From contig NC_083291.1 in assembly GCF_963506605.1 (NCBI RefSeq), positions 19,840,001 through 19,904,000 on the forward strand: DNA of 64,000 bases, read 5' to 3'. Made by a program: the position numbers and the translations under genes. The DNA comes from Zootoca vivipara (Eukaryota). This document shows positions 34,764 to 46,893 of this stretch, piece by piece (positions within the stretch are counted from its first letter, which is position 1; every line of letters starts with the position of its first letter). The notes under the pieces were generated by a model, which saw only the letters and a program-made list of their open reading frames with translations, was not told where the DNA came from and did no database searches.

Positions 34764-37700
34764 CTGCACATCAACAGGGATAGTTAGAACTGGGGGCAAC
34801 AGAGACACCTCCCACCAATCTAACTAATGTGATCCTGGCCACATCTTGAAAAGTTTGGTGGCATTTTGGAAAACAGGCATCCTAAAAAGCCATGTATAAT
34901 TGATTTTGGGTAAATAGAACATACAAACCTCTTCAGCATTGAACCTGTCACCTTGGGACATCATTAAGCGTTTAATACTGTAGAAGAAAAAGAGAGAAAA
35001 TTACCTTGTTTATGAAACGGCTGGCATAAGAGTCATTGTTAAGATCTCACTTCTTTAACCAGAAACTGCAGCCGAGGCTTTCCCTACAGGTGAAACTCGG
35101 AAAATTAGAATATCGTCGAAAAGTGCATTTATTTCAGTAATGCAACTTAAAAGGTGAAACCAATATACAGTATGAGATAGATGCATGACATGCAAAGCAA
35201 AATATGTCAAGCCTTTATTTGTTGTAATTGTAATTATTTGTCGTTAGGCAGGTCAATTATAAATGGAATGTAATTAATGAAATGTAATAGCAATGTTTAT
35301 TTTTGTATTATTGTAACTATTTGTTTTATTACTGTGGGATTTCCAAAAGAAAGCATTTGTAAAAATTAAAATTAAAATAAAAAATAATAAGTTGCATTAC
35401 TGAAATAAATGCACTTTTCGACGATATTCTAATTTTCCGAGTTTCACCTGTACGGTTACAAGTTGTGGTTAAGGAGGAGACACCTTAACTACTATTGTGA
35501 ATTTATACCAGGCACGTCTAAAACAACTGGCATCCCATTGTCCTTGCGGGGGGGGGGGACCAAAGTTGTTGAGTTTTCTTTAGGAAGGGGGAGGTCTTAA
35601 AACGCAACAATAAGTGGGTGCAGCAAAACAGGCAAGTTTCTTGCCACTAACGACCGCCTATTGCACATAACAGACGGACAGAGCGAGGACAGCGGGGGGC
35701 AGAGACTTTTAACACCATGCTTCTTTAAACGAGCGATCGGAAGGGAACCTGCGATCGACCACGGTTGGACAACGCTGATTGAGATAATACACAAGCTCTT
35801 CTCCGGGAGACAGCCTATTTGTATGGTCACGAAGTAATTTTGCCTTAACCCTAACATGTGAGCCAGGCCAATGTATGTGGTGTGATGTTGGCAGGCTTAA
35901 GGAGTAGAAAGGTAGGGCTAAACTACATGCAACAACAGTGAACCCAAGCATTTCACGGTGGCTCTGCTCCCGAGTGTGTGTAAAGTGAGAGCGGGGTGCC
36001 GTTTCAAATTGCAAAAGGGTCAAGGCATTCTGAACCCTCACCTCACCCGCCACATATTCCCGCAGACCTTCCCCCGCAACCTTTTACTCCCAGCTGGGTT
36101 CATTTCCAACTCAAAAGCCTGGATGGGGGCCAAAATGCCTTTGGGGGATGGCCTGTGGTAGGGAAAATGGGTGTGCGGGGGGGGGGTAGGGTTGTCACCT
36201 CCTACCCATAACTCATTTTGCATGCTTGTGCACTCTACAGGTGATTGGAGCAGAGCTGGTTTTAAAGCCAAGGGTCCTCCACTGTCGCTGCAACTTGTCG
36301 CTGCAATATGAGCTGTCCACCAGCCAACAGGGGTTCTGCTTAGGTAGCTAATACTTACTAATCCTTGTTAAGGTTTCCTTTACCATCTGGGTCAAACATT
36401 TTAAATGCGTTCAATATGGTCTCTTCAGTATCCGTACCTGCAGAAAACAATGAGGTACAGCTGAAGCTAGGCTGGTCATGGCATTGCTTCTGAGCGATAG
36501 AAAAGCCCATTTAAAATTGGATACCCCAGAAAGAAGAATACTGTATTATTAACGGGAATCTGTTATCTGTGGGGATTTTCCTACTCTTCCTTTCAATTGG
36601 GGGGGGGGGGGAACCTGCAGAAAAGATGAAAGAACCACAGGGAAAATACAGGATGACAATGATTTGATGATGTTATTGTGCAGATACCCTATAGAAAGAG
36701 GAAATGAAGAGTAAAAGCAGCCCAAGGGTGTTATGGGTTACCAAAACACCCAGGAAGAAGACAAAAACCACAAATGCAATCAGTTTGTTAAACCTTTCAT
36801 TTGAATTTTAACTTTCGTCCAGTGCTAAATACTGATTTTACTGCCATAGAGAAAATAACTCGTCTGAAATGTCATGATTAGCCTCATGTGCAAATTTAAG
36901 GGGAAATGTAGTTTTAATAAGAGAGTGTTAACCCCCCCACACATATATTAAGTAAAATAGAAACATCGTCATCTGACCCCCCCACCTCCCCCCATCTACG
37001 TCTATCCCCCTCTTTCTTCCCAATGTCTCAACAAATGAAACTGATTTGTAAAAATGTTACGAGAGACATTGCATATATTTCTGTACTGTAAATCAATAAA
37101 ATCTTTAATAAAAAACAAATAAAATAAGAGAGTGTTAAACTTACCACTTAACTTTTCCCCAAACAGGTTCAAAAACATGGTAAAATTAATCGGTCCAGTG
37201 GCTTCTTTAAGCATAGATTCTAACTCCTCATCTTTGACATTTGTTTTACCTAAAATCAAATGGGAAATAAATGATCCATTGCATCAACAGAGCATGCATG
37301 TACCAGAATATGCTTGATGGTATAGAGCAGGCTTCCTCAAACTCAGCCCTCCAGATGTTTTTGAGACTACAGTTCCCATCATCCCTGACCACTGGTCCTG
37401 TTAGCTGGGGATCATGGGAGTTGTAGGCCAAAAACATCTGGAGGGCAGAGTGTGAGGAAGCCTGGTATAGAGAGACTGCCACCATCATTTGTTGTTTAAG
37501 TGCCAGCAAAAAAAAAATTTTTTTAACATTCAACAGTTCCCCATTTAATCTCCCAGGCTTAAAAAAAATTCTATACAGTATAAAACTCAAGAGAGCTCAA
37601 ATTAGGAGGCATAGTAAAATATGAATCTGAATTTCAGATCCCAGCCCTGCCTTTGAGTTAACAGGATGCATTTAGAAATGAGTTTACATATGCTTTCTAA

Positions 37701-39235
37701 GGAACATATTTAAATTACATTATATGGAGAAAACACAATTGTTACTACAAAATGGAGATTGAAAGAGGATGTGGCCATTTCGCAAAACTTGCCTAAAGAA
37801 GCATAGGTATCTTTCAAGTCTTCTTTATCAATGAAGCCATCTCTGTTCTGATCAATTAGCGTAAAAGCCTATAAAAAGTATTTATTTAGAGAGAGAGAGA
37901 GAATTGGGATATAAAACGTTCTTGTGATTAGAAGAAATTACTGATTTAACATTTTGTGTTTAAGCCCAGTGATTTCAATATGCAGGATAACAGTCTCCAA
38001 ATGAACTTTTTCTGCACTTAAGTCCTCAGAATTGGGATAACCTCAAACTGCTAAAAGAGATCAGGATTGCGGACTTTATTTATTCATTTTTTTTACTTGT
38101 ACCAGTTTAAGTGTGATGGCTTGCCACAAAGGCTCCATGGGTTTTTAGTTTGGTGTTGTTAAGAGAATCTCCCTAACCCTGCAGGAAGAACTACAGAGCC
38201 CAAAGGTTCTATGAGGAGAGGGACTGAGCATTCAGCCAGTTCATCTGTAGAATAAACATGCTTCATTCCTTAGATAACCCCCCCTTTCTAACCTGAAAAA
38301 ACCATCAAAACAAATATTTACAAAGTCCTGTCTCCAACTGCAGCCCAAGTCTGTGATATCAGAGGGAACACCTGCTTTCTTCCTACAGGTGTGGTCTGCA
38401 TCATCATCATCATCTTCATCATCATTGTACCCCACCCATCTGACTGGGTGCACTGCCCTTTCCATTTCCTATTTCCATACATCTCAAGATTCAGGTAGCT
38501 GCACATCCCTGATTAATATTAAGAGAAAAATACAGAATTGCAAGCCTATTTGTAAATTAGAGCCTCCCGGCCATAGACAGGGAATTTACTTACTTCCTTA
38601 AATTCTTGAATCTGTGTCTGTTCAAAGTTGGAGAAAACATTAGAGGATGCTCTCTGAGCACGTTTGGCTCCCCCTTCCTTCTTCTTGGTTTTTCTGCTGG
38701 CCTGAAAAGAGCAGGAAATGAACTCAGTCGGTGCAGCATAGAGCCCATATGACAATTCAGCAGCAGCAATGGCAATCCATGAACCATTATCATAGAATTG
38801 TGGTGTTGGAAGGGACCTCAAGGGTCATCTAGTCCTACGCCCCGCAATGCAGGGACTTTTTACCCTACATGGGACTCAAAATCATGACAATAATAATAAT
38901 AATGATAATATGTCCTCCATCAGACTGAGTTGCCCCAGCCACACTGGATGGTCCTCAACAAAATATTAAAAGCACAATAAATATAACAACAACAACAACA
39001 ACAACAATTTTTTATTTGTACCCCGCCCATCTGGCTGGGTTTCCCCAGCCACTCTGGGTGGCTTCCAACAAAGATTTAAAATACATTAAAATGTCACACA
39101 TTTACAACTTCCCTGAACAGAGCTGCCTTCAAATATCTTGTAATTGTTTATCTGAGATCTGATGGGAGGGTGCCACTACCAAGAAGGCACTCTACAGACT
39201 CAGCTATCCCATACATACATACATACATACATACA

Positions 39236-39269
<34 letters not shown>

Positions 39270-39439
39270 CATACATATTTGGACTTTCCCCCCAATTAAC
39301 AGCCATCAAAATATGCAGCGAGTCATAGAAGGCACACTTTAATTTAGGTACTCTTAAACCTGCACAAATCAGAATACGTTGTTGCTGCTGTAGTTTTCAA
39401 CAAAACAGATTGTATCGCCACACAGGCCAAACTCACCAT
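34665..39439 (-). CDS. MYL5: Myosin regulatory light chain 5, whole spliced CDS (7 exons, 519 nt, 172 aa)
   Basis: Exons (minus): 39439-39437 (ATG), 38701-38594, 37868-37793, 37249-37145, 36437-36359, 34977-34929, 34763-34665. Protein [37 protein letters not shown]...EF-hand [12 protein letters not shown]...THGDEKE* matches recalled human MYL5. It is head-to-head with ATP5ME, as in human. Confidence 0.96.
34929..34977 (-). CDS. MYL5: MYL5 exon 6 ([16 protein letters not shown])
   Basis: ctacag|...GAG|gtttgt. Confidence 0.94.
35087..35450. mobile_element. Tc1-type MITE, same family
   Basis: Perfect TIRs, TA TSD. Confidence 0.92.
36359..36437 (-). CDS. MYL5: MYL5 exon 5 ([26 protein letters not shown])
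   Basis: ctgcag|...TA|gtaagt. Confidence 0.96.
37145..37249 (-). CDS. MYL5: MYL5 exon 4 ([35 protein letters not shown])
   Basis: ttttag|...G|gtaagt. Confidence 0.96.
37328..37464. mobile_element. Palindromic hAT MITE (variant TIR)
   Basis: 8-bp TSD GTATAGAG. Confidence 0.9.
37793..37868 (-). CDS. MYL5: MYL5 exon 3 ([26 protein letters not shown])
   Basis: tatag|GCT...TTAG|gcaagt (GC donor). Confidence 0.94.
38594..38701 (-). CDS. MYL5: MYL5 exon 2 (ASRKTKKK...QEFKE)
   Basis: tttcag|GCC...GAA|gtaagt. Confidence 0.96.
39210..39276. repeat. (CATA)n microsatellite
   Basis: Read directly. Confidence 0.95.
39437..39439 (-). CDS. MYL5: MYL5 exon 1, coding part (ATG only)
   Basis: Minus strand aaaagATG|gtgagt; an ATG-only first coding exon is typical of regulatory light chain genes. 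Confidence 0.85.
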
Positions 39440-40543
39440 CTTTTGTGGAAAGCTACTCTGCCCACCTTTCTCTGGCAAATTTTTCTTTATGAATTGCCTC
39501 TTATATGAAGGGGAGGATCTTGTCTTTACAGCTCAGATCTCCCAAAGGAGATCTCAAACGTCTTAAGAACCCTGAGCTCGCAAGAGCTATTCCATACATG
39601 GCAAGAACTGCAGGATACCTTCTGTTCCCCAGTGGCTGGGCAACTGTTCCTTAGACATGAACTTGCCTAGTAAGTCATTTGCTTTAACTGCAGAGAACTA
39701 AGAGTACATACAGTGAAAAACTCTGAGATTGTTGTAATGTATGCGTGTGGCACATTTGGATTCAGTTATCTATTAGACGGCTTGCCAGAAGTGTTAATAG
39801 CGCAGACAAAACACAAGTTTGTTTTTTTTAAATTTGGTAGTGCAATTCCACCCCCCTCAAATATAAAATGCACCACCCGACATCAATTAAAACATATATA
39901 TTATAGGATAATATCCAGTTGTGGAGTCCCACTTGAATAACATCGGATTGCAGACCCTTAGGAACAGATCAGTGGCAGGAGTGGGACTGCAAGCAGGAGA
40001 AGAGGGAGGGGAAGTTTAATTGTGTTCCCTGGCAATAATGTTGGGTCTTCCATTACTCAACCATTACTGCTATACTGTAATTCAGTGCACTTACAAAAAA
40101 AAGAAGAAGATCCAAAATGTTGTTAAATTTTGCAGAATTTAACAACATTTTCCTCTCTAGCAAGGGAGGGGAGGACCTGCTCACTCTTGGGCTGCCTCTG
40201 ATACGCATTTTTATTTTAAAAGCATGAATGGACTAGGAATGGGAAGGGATTCTGGAAGATTTCATGACAAACCCTCTGGCTTTGCCAATGTACAAAAGTA
40301 AACGGGGATCAAAAATTCAGAACGGCAGCTGTGGCTTTCCAATAGAAATAAGTGGGACAGAGAAGTGTAATTTGGGTGGATCATACCCATTACTTAGGAC
40401 AAAGTAAAGCAAAAAGCATTAGGATTCATAAAATACCACCCTGATTTAAAAAGGCTTCTAGGGATATTATATTTAAATAGGTTTGTGTGTGTGGACACAG
40501 TAGGATTGTTTAAAAAAATAGCATGCAGGCAATCAAGATCTGT

Positions 40544-40546
<3 letters not shown>

Positions 40547-40594
<48 letters not shown>
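40547..40594. repeat. (CT)n microsatellite
   Basis: Read directly. Confidence 0.95.
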
Positions 40595-40600
<6 letters not shown>

Positions 40601-42207
40601 ATTTATTTATTTATAATTTATCTAAGCTACAAACACTGAACCCAATATTGCATGGCATTTACATTAGATTTCACTGAAGGCATTACAATTGGGTGTCAGT
40701 TTGGATGTCAATGACAGCAAAATCATCATTGCAGGAATTAATCTGGTAATGTTAGTTTCCATGATCCATTAACACCAAAAGGAACTTGGCTGCACTAGAG
40801 ATTTGATAATTAAAATGATGAGCCATGTTAGAAATATTCATTAACTGTACCCTTTTAACACTCTTGCACAGTTGCTTCTTGCTATTCGTATCTTTTGCTT
40901 GCAGCTGCTCATGCTAATAATATTCGCTAATTATACTGTGTTATGATATTCTCTCTGGGCTTTTGGTTGGCTCTCTCTGTGTGTATCTTTAGCATCTGCT
41001 ATTTCCCTGCTCTTCGGGATCCAATTTAGGAAACAATGTTCAAACAGCTTTCAAAGTCTGTATTATATAGTTATTGAAACAGCTTTCAGGCAATAGGGGT
41101 AGATGATTAAGACAATATATTCTTCTTAAATGAGTTGTCAGAATACGCTTCTTGCACAGACAGTTACATGAATTACCCCCACATACAATCTGTATACAGT
41201 ACTTACTAAAAGTTTTGAAGGTGCCATTCCCACCCCACCAACTACTTATAGCACCTATTTTATTTTACTGCAGGATTTCAGAGCTACTACCGGTATTGAT
41301 TCCAGTAGTATACAGCTCAACCGGAGCAGGACATCCCGGAATTACAGAAGCCTTCTGACTGGATCCCAGAATGTCCCATTTTTTGGTCCAATACTCTGGC
41401 ATGAACCAGCTGAGCAAATGGCACTCCTTTTTTTGGTTGGGTGCACTGATGGGAACCAGCTGCTAAAGAAGGCAGGGGGGGGGTGTTAGATGACTTCTGT
41501 GTGCTGAAGCAGTGGCCACCGGGCGTGAGCCCCGCAGATAGGCCATGGTTTGACCACCACTCCCCGGCCAACCTCAACTGTCTGTATGACATGCCCTCAG
41601 TCTCGCCTTTGGCTTTCTCAGTAGTCTACTGTGTCCTGTCTGTGAGCTTTGCCTCCCTTTGGAAAGGCTGGCTCACTTCCCATTGGTAGGAACATGACAT
41701 GGTGGAGCAGATCTCGCAAAGGTCAGAGGAAACATACGTGTCAGATCATGATGTAAAAGCGCTAAAGGTCAGACTTTTCCTACACGTGTGCATTTGTGCT
41801 AATAAAAAAGGCTCTGCCGAGCTTGGCAACTCAGCTTGCTGTTCACACAGCTCACATGCTACAACTCCCAACTACGTGTGCTTCACTTCATTGTGCCATC
41901 TCCTTAAACTGCCATAGGGTGCAGACACACCATACATTAACAGGGCATTTCCACCACACACACACACACCCAGGATCTTGTGAACCATAGTTTACCCCTC
42001 AGAGCGCTACAATTCCCATCACCCTGAACAAACTTGTTTCCAGGAATCCTTGTGGGGGGGATGGGCTTTAAACATAGTGTGCATGCAGCCTTTATACCCT
42101 TTTAAATGTGTTTAGGGGATGGGTTGGGGGGTTATTGGTTTGTGCGTTTTGTGTGTGACTTTTATTATGCATTTTGTGTTTTTATCTTGTCTTTTTACAT
42201 TGTGAAC

Positions 42208-42474
42208 CAGGGTTGGCATGGCTTACAAGGCATGGGCCGGATCACTCCTGCGGAGATCCTCCATGGGTCGGGTCAGCGCAGCCTGTGCAGAAGCGATTTT
42301 CAGCATCTGGGCATGTGCAGAAGCAATTTCCGGCGCCGCGGAAGAGAGTCCCCACGCCACACTTCGCCGGTTTAGCGCAGCACACAGGGACTCACCGAGT
42401 GGGTGGCTCGTGGGCCGGTTAAGCAGCCTCCGTGGGCCGCTTCCGGCACATGGGCCGCAGGCTGGGGACCCCTG
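42208..42474. mobile_element. hAT non-autonomous element
   Basis: CAGGG...CCCTG termini; 8-bp TSD TTGTGAAC. Confidence 0.85.
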
Positions 42475-42713
42475 TTGTGAACCGCCCTGAGATCTATGGA
42501 TGCAGGTGATATACAAATTTATCGGTAGTGACGCCCGTCCTGTGGAACTCCCTCCCATCAGATGTCAAAGAGAAAAACAGCTACCAGATTTTTAGAAGAA
42601 ATCTGAAGGCAGCCCTGTTTAGGGATGCTTTTAATGTTTAATCAATTATTTTATTTTATTTTTCCCCAGAGTGGCTGGGGAAACCCAGCCAGATGGCGGG
42701 GTATAAATAATAA

Positions 42714-42747
<34 letters not shown>

Positions 42748-43049
42748 TAATCATCATCTACCTGAAAGAAGGCGTGGCAGCCTAATAAGAACCCTGGGCA
42801 GAAGGACGGGATGCTGCAGTTCCCTACAATAACATAGTTGTAGGGAACAGAGCAAAATAAATAAATATAAATAAATCCCTCACATAAAATTATTTAATAA
42901 TACCAATAATAAAAAATACACATCCCTATGAGTCGTATAGGCCTACCCGCTTTTTCAACCTCGCAATAACACGAGCACTGAGGACTAGAAGCATCAAAAC
43001 TAAGATGCTGAGGGTCGGGCCGGTTCTTGTTTTTTGATAAGCCAATTCA

Positions 43050-43800
43050 TCCGCTTGGGAAAAACGTGCAGATTCTGCTCATGCGCATTGGTTCTTTCTT
43101 GCGTCTCTCACGGTCGCCTTCTTGCAGAGATAAGAAAAATAGAATGATATAAAGCCTCAAAAAGCTAACCCTAGTAGACGTGAAAACTGTACTTAGAATA
43201 AGCGCTACTACGGTAAGATCAACGGACATTCTATTCTGCGTGCAAAATCGAAATGATCCATGATTCCTTTTTCCGCGTCTCTTAGCGAAAACCGTATTCG
43301 TGCCTCGCCGGAAGTTTAGACGGGAAAGCCACCTCAACGGAAGCGTCGTTACTAAAAGAAGACGCTTGCCTTTTCCTATCTCTATCGTCTCCCTCTCAAC
43401 TCCGCGCAGGCGCGACGCACTAACGTCACGACCCCTGCTCAGAGACGCTTTTCCTTTCCGAGGCCTTCGGTTCCTGGGCGGCTTGGCGTCACTTCCTCCT
43501 TAGCGGTAGGACGAGGAGAAGGCAAGATGATCCCGCCGGTGGAGGTTTCCCCGCTGATCAAGGTAACGGAGCCCAGTGTCGGGCGTCTCTCTCTCTCTCG
43601 GGGCTGCCAGCCATCCACGCGCGGGGTTGGAACCCGAGTCAGGTGCTTCCCCTCCTCTGCCGGAAGGTGACCGTGGAGGAGGAGGTCAAGGAGAGCGGCT
43701 GGGAAGCGCCTGGCCTTCGGCGCCTGCGCATCCGAGGCAGCTGGGCTTCCGAATGCCGGTTGCTGGAAGCCTCAGGCGGCGGGGAGACGGGGTCGGCTCT
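43050..43800 (+). promoter_or_regulatory. CpG-island promoter of ATP5ME with ETS/GABP, NRF1-like and ETS-CRE motifs
   Basis: CCGGAAGT at 43308-43315, GCGCAGGCGC at ~43404-43413, AACGTCA at ~43422, CGTCACTTCC at 43487-43496; typical of nuclear OXPHOS gene promoters. Confidence 0.8.
43527..43562 (+). CDS. ATP5ME: ATP5ME exon 1 (MIPPVEVSPLIK)
   Basis: caagATG...AAG|gtaacg. Confidence 0.96.
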
Positions 43801-44249
43801 GGTTCCCAGGCCCCTCTTGGAGAGCCTGCGAGGATAGCAAGAGCCCTTCTGGGTCAGGCCAAGGACCCATCATCATCATCACCACCACCACCAATTTAAA
43901 GTACTCATTTTTACATCCTTAAGATATCTATGCTTACCTTTTTCACTTTCCATGGTTCATAAATCCCTGCATGTTTTACAAAAAAAACTATGCCATTCAG
44001 TATTCCATTATTACATCCATCAAAATTTATTTACACTGTTGAATTTACCTCCTGCCAGCGTTTTCATGTTATTTCACCATATATCCAATAAACGTTTTCC
44101 AATTTATTGTTTTCCGTCCTGCTAAAAGCCTTCCAGTAGGCTTGCCATTTACCCTCTAATAATCTGTTAACCTGCTTGCTTATGAAAACACCTTAAACCT
44201 GGATTTTTTGGAGTAAATGCCTGCAAGGCAGCTAACAACTCAAAATGCA

Positions 44250-44292
<43 letters not shown>

Positions 44293-46848
44293 AATGTTGT
44301 GTGTCTTGCGCAAATATACTGAAAGGCATTTTCAAATGCTCAGTAGGAATATGAATTGTAATAGCTGAAATGAAAGGAAGCTAATTGGGAAGCCAACTGT
44401 TTTTGCTTGTAGTTTTAGTGTGGCCTAAGTTGTGCATTGGAACTCCCTGCCTTTAGAGATCAGGCCTTTTATTATACAGTATTATATTTGGTGCCTATGT
44501 GATTTTTTTGTTTTTCTTTGGGCAAGCCTGTCCAGATAGGTTGATGTGTTTTAATCTCTATTTAGTTTGTTTTTAATTACTTGCTTTTAAATGTTTTCTT
44601 TTGATAATTTTGTTATTCTTGTATGCAGCTGTTCTAATAAAGTGGTATGTAAATTTTGTTAAAATAAACATGGGCAGAATGTTAAAATGGGTAAAGGTAC
44701 TCACACAAGCATTTGGCTCTTCACTCAATTATTCATAACTGAGCAAAAATCTGTACTTTGAGTAAAACATAGCTGAATACCATCCATTTGACTTTTAGCT
44801 GAAGGTGCTTGGCCTTCAATTTTAGCTATAGTGTAAAAGGCTTGTCCTAAATCAGGGGCAGGGAACCTTTGGACCACCAGATGCTGCTGAGGTGATGGGA
44901 GTTGTAGTTCTGCAACATATGGAGAGCCAAAGGTTCCCCACAGCTCTGCGGTCCTTAAAATCTGAGAACTGCAAGGTAAAGTGTTTATGTGTTTGTGTAT
45001 TTTAAGACATGTTCTTTCTGTTTCATCCTTATGCAATTCATTTTACAGTTTGGCAGGTATTCAGCACTGCTCATTGGGATAGTCTATGGAAAGAAAAGAT
45101 ATGGTAAGGAAAATTGTTATCTAATCCAGGGTTGGGGAGGCTGTGGTCCTCCAGATGTTGTTCTACAACTCTCAGTATCCCGGCTGTTGCCTATGATGGG
45201 GCTGATGGAAGTTGAGAATCCAACAGGATCTGAAGGACATCAGGTCCCTTGTGCTTATATAAGCTTCGAATTGGTCAATTAACCATATTCAGTTTCTTGC
45301 ATTTGCACTTGAAAACTAAATTGTAAATATGAACAGAGGCAGTGATTCTACATTCAAGACACTTGCGATTCTCCATGGATTTACATTATGCAAATGCTTC
45401 TGCTTTTCTCCTCTGTTGCTTCTTGTATTCAAGTGCTCCTCTTTCTTATAAATCCCTTGCAAGATGTTCTAGAATAGATCCTCAAAAAGAGTTGCAAAAA
45501 GAGTGCCTGGTCACATGAATCTTGTTGCAAACATATATACCAGGGTCCCCAAACTACGGCCGGGGGCCACATACGGCCCACGAGGCTCTTTTATGAGGCC
45601 CCCGGCAACCCGTGCCGCCTGCTGCCGCTGCCTGCTCTTACCAGCACGGCTGCCCACTTCTGACCTGGAAAAGCGACAGAAATAGCTTGTGCGCACGTGC
45701 AAGCGTCATTTTCGGTGTACTTCTGGGTCGAAGGAGGTTTCTGCACATGCGCATAAGCTATTTCCGGCGCTTTCCAGGTCAGGAGTGTGCCAGAAATAGC
45801 GTATGCGCATGGGTGCACACGGCCGGCCACTCCCCCGCCCTCCGGCCTGCTGCGCGATTGGCACGGCGGGCATCCGGCCCGAAGCCGGGTAAGTTTGGGG
45901 ACCCCTGAATACTGTATGTCCAATGTAGTATTGTGTTTTGGCTTGAATCAGTCAGGAATCCCCAGGCTTTTGAGTTTACTGAAACACTTTCTATAAAGTA
46001 TTTTAAAAGCTATTGTAGAAAATATTCCTGAGGAGTTTAAGTAGTGCATCTGTGTTTAATCTTTGCAAAGCTTTGTAACAATAAAACCAAAAATAATTTA
46101 CATAAAGTGGGGAAATTCCAGAGAATCTATCTTCTGGAAAGAATTCTAAGTAGTAAGTTCACTGTTGGTACGTATCTATACATATTAAAAAATGTAAGAG
46201 CGCCATCACCCCGCAGTTTGCTTTGCCACTCACTGGTGGCACTGTAAATTACAGTGTGGAGAGAAGCAGTGCATAGGTGGCCCAGAGAAGGCGCAGAGGG
46301 ACATCCAGAACAGGCTTCATCAGCCCCCCAGCAGCCACCATGCCCCACTGGCTCTTCAGCCTGACTGCTCTGGTATCCAGATCCCCAGCCCAGCTGACCC
46401 CACTACTGGTCACCTTCCTCCTTTCTGGCCAGCTTGGGAATCCACTGCTTCTGCCAGTGTTCAGGAATGCAGAAAGGGCCATGATTTTATATTTGAGTCC
46501 ACCAAAAGTGCTATGGTTCTCCTGAGGCATTTCTGATGTATTTCACTTAAACTTTGAAGTGTTGCATGTATCTAATGAGTTGATGCAATATGTAGTATAC
46601 GATGAACACTCAGTATTTGCTGAGCATGTCTTCCATTGGTCAGAAAGATTATAATGCATTTGTAAATATACAGTGATCATGAAAATTCATTTTTTTTAAT
46701 GATAGACTATTTGAAGCCTATTGCTGAGGAGGAAAGGAGAATAGAAGCAGAGGAGAAGAAGAAGCGTGAGGAAATGGAACGAATTGCAAGAGCGCTGGCA
46801 GAAGGTATTTTTTTCCTAAATATAGTCCATCTTTTAAGTTTAAAAACA

Positions 46849-46893
<45 letters not shown>

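Noticed and set aside
39490-39515. CArG/TATA box upstream of MYL5 exon 1
   Set aside because: CATATAAGAG does not fit CC(A/T)6GG and the TSS is unknown, so it cannot be supported.
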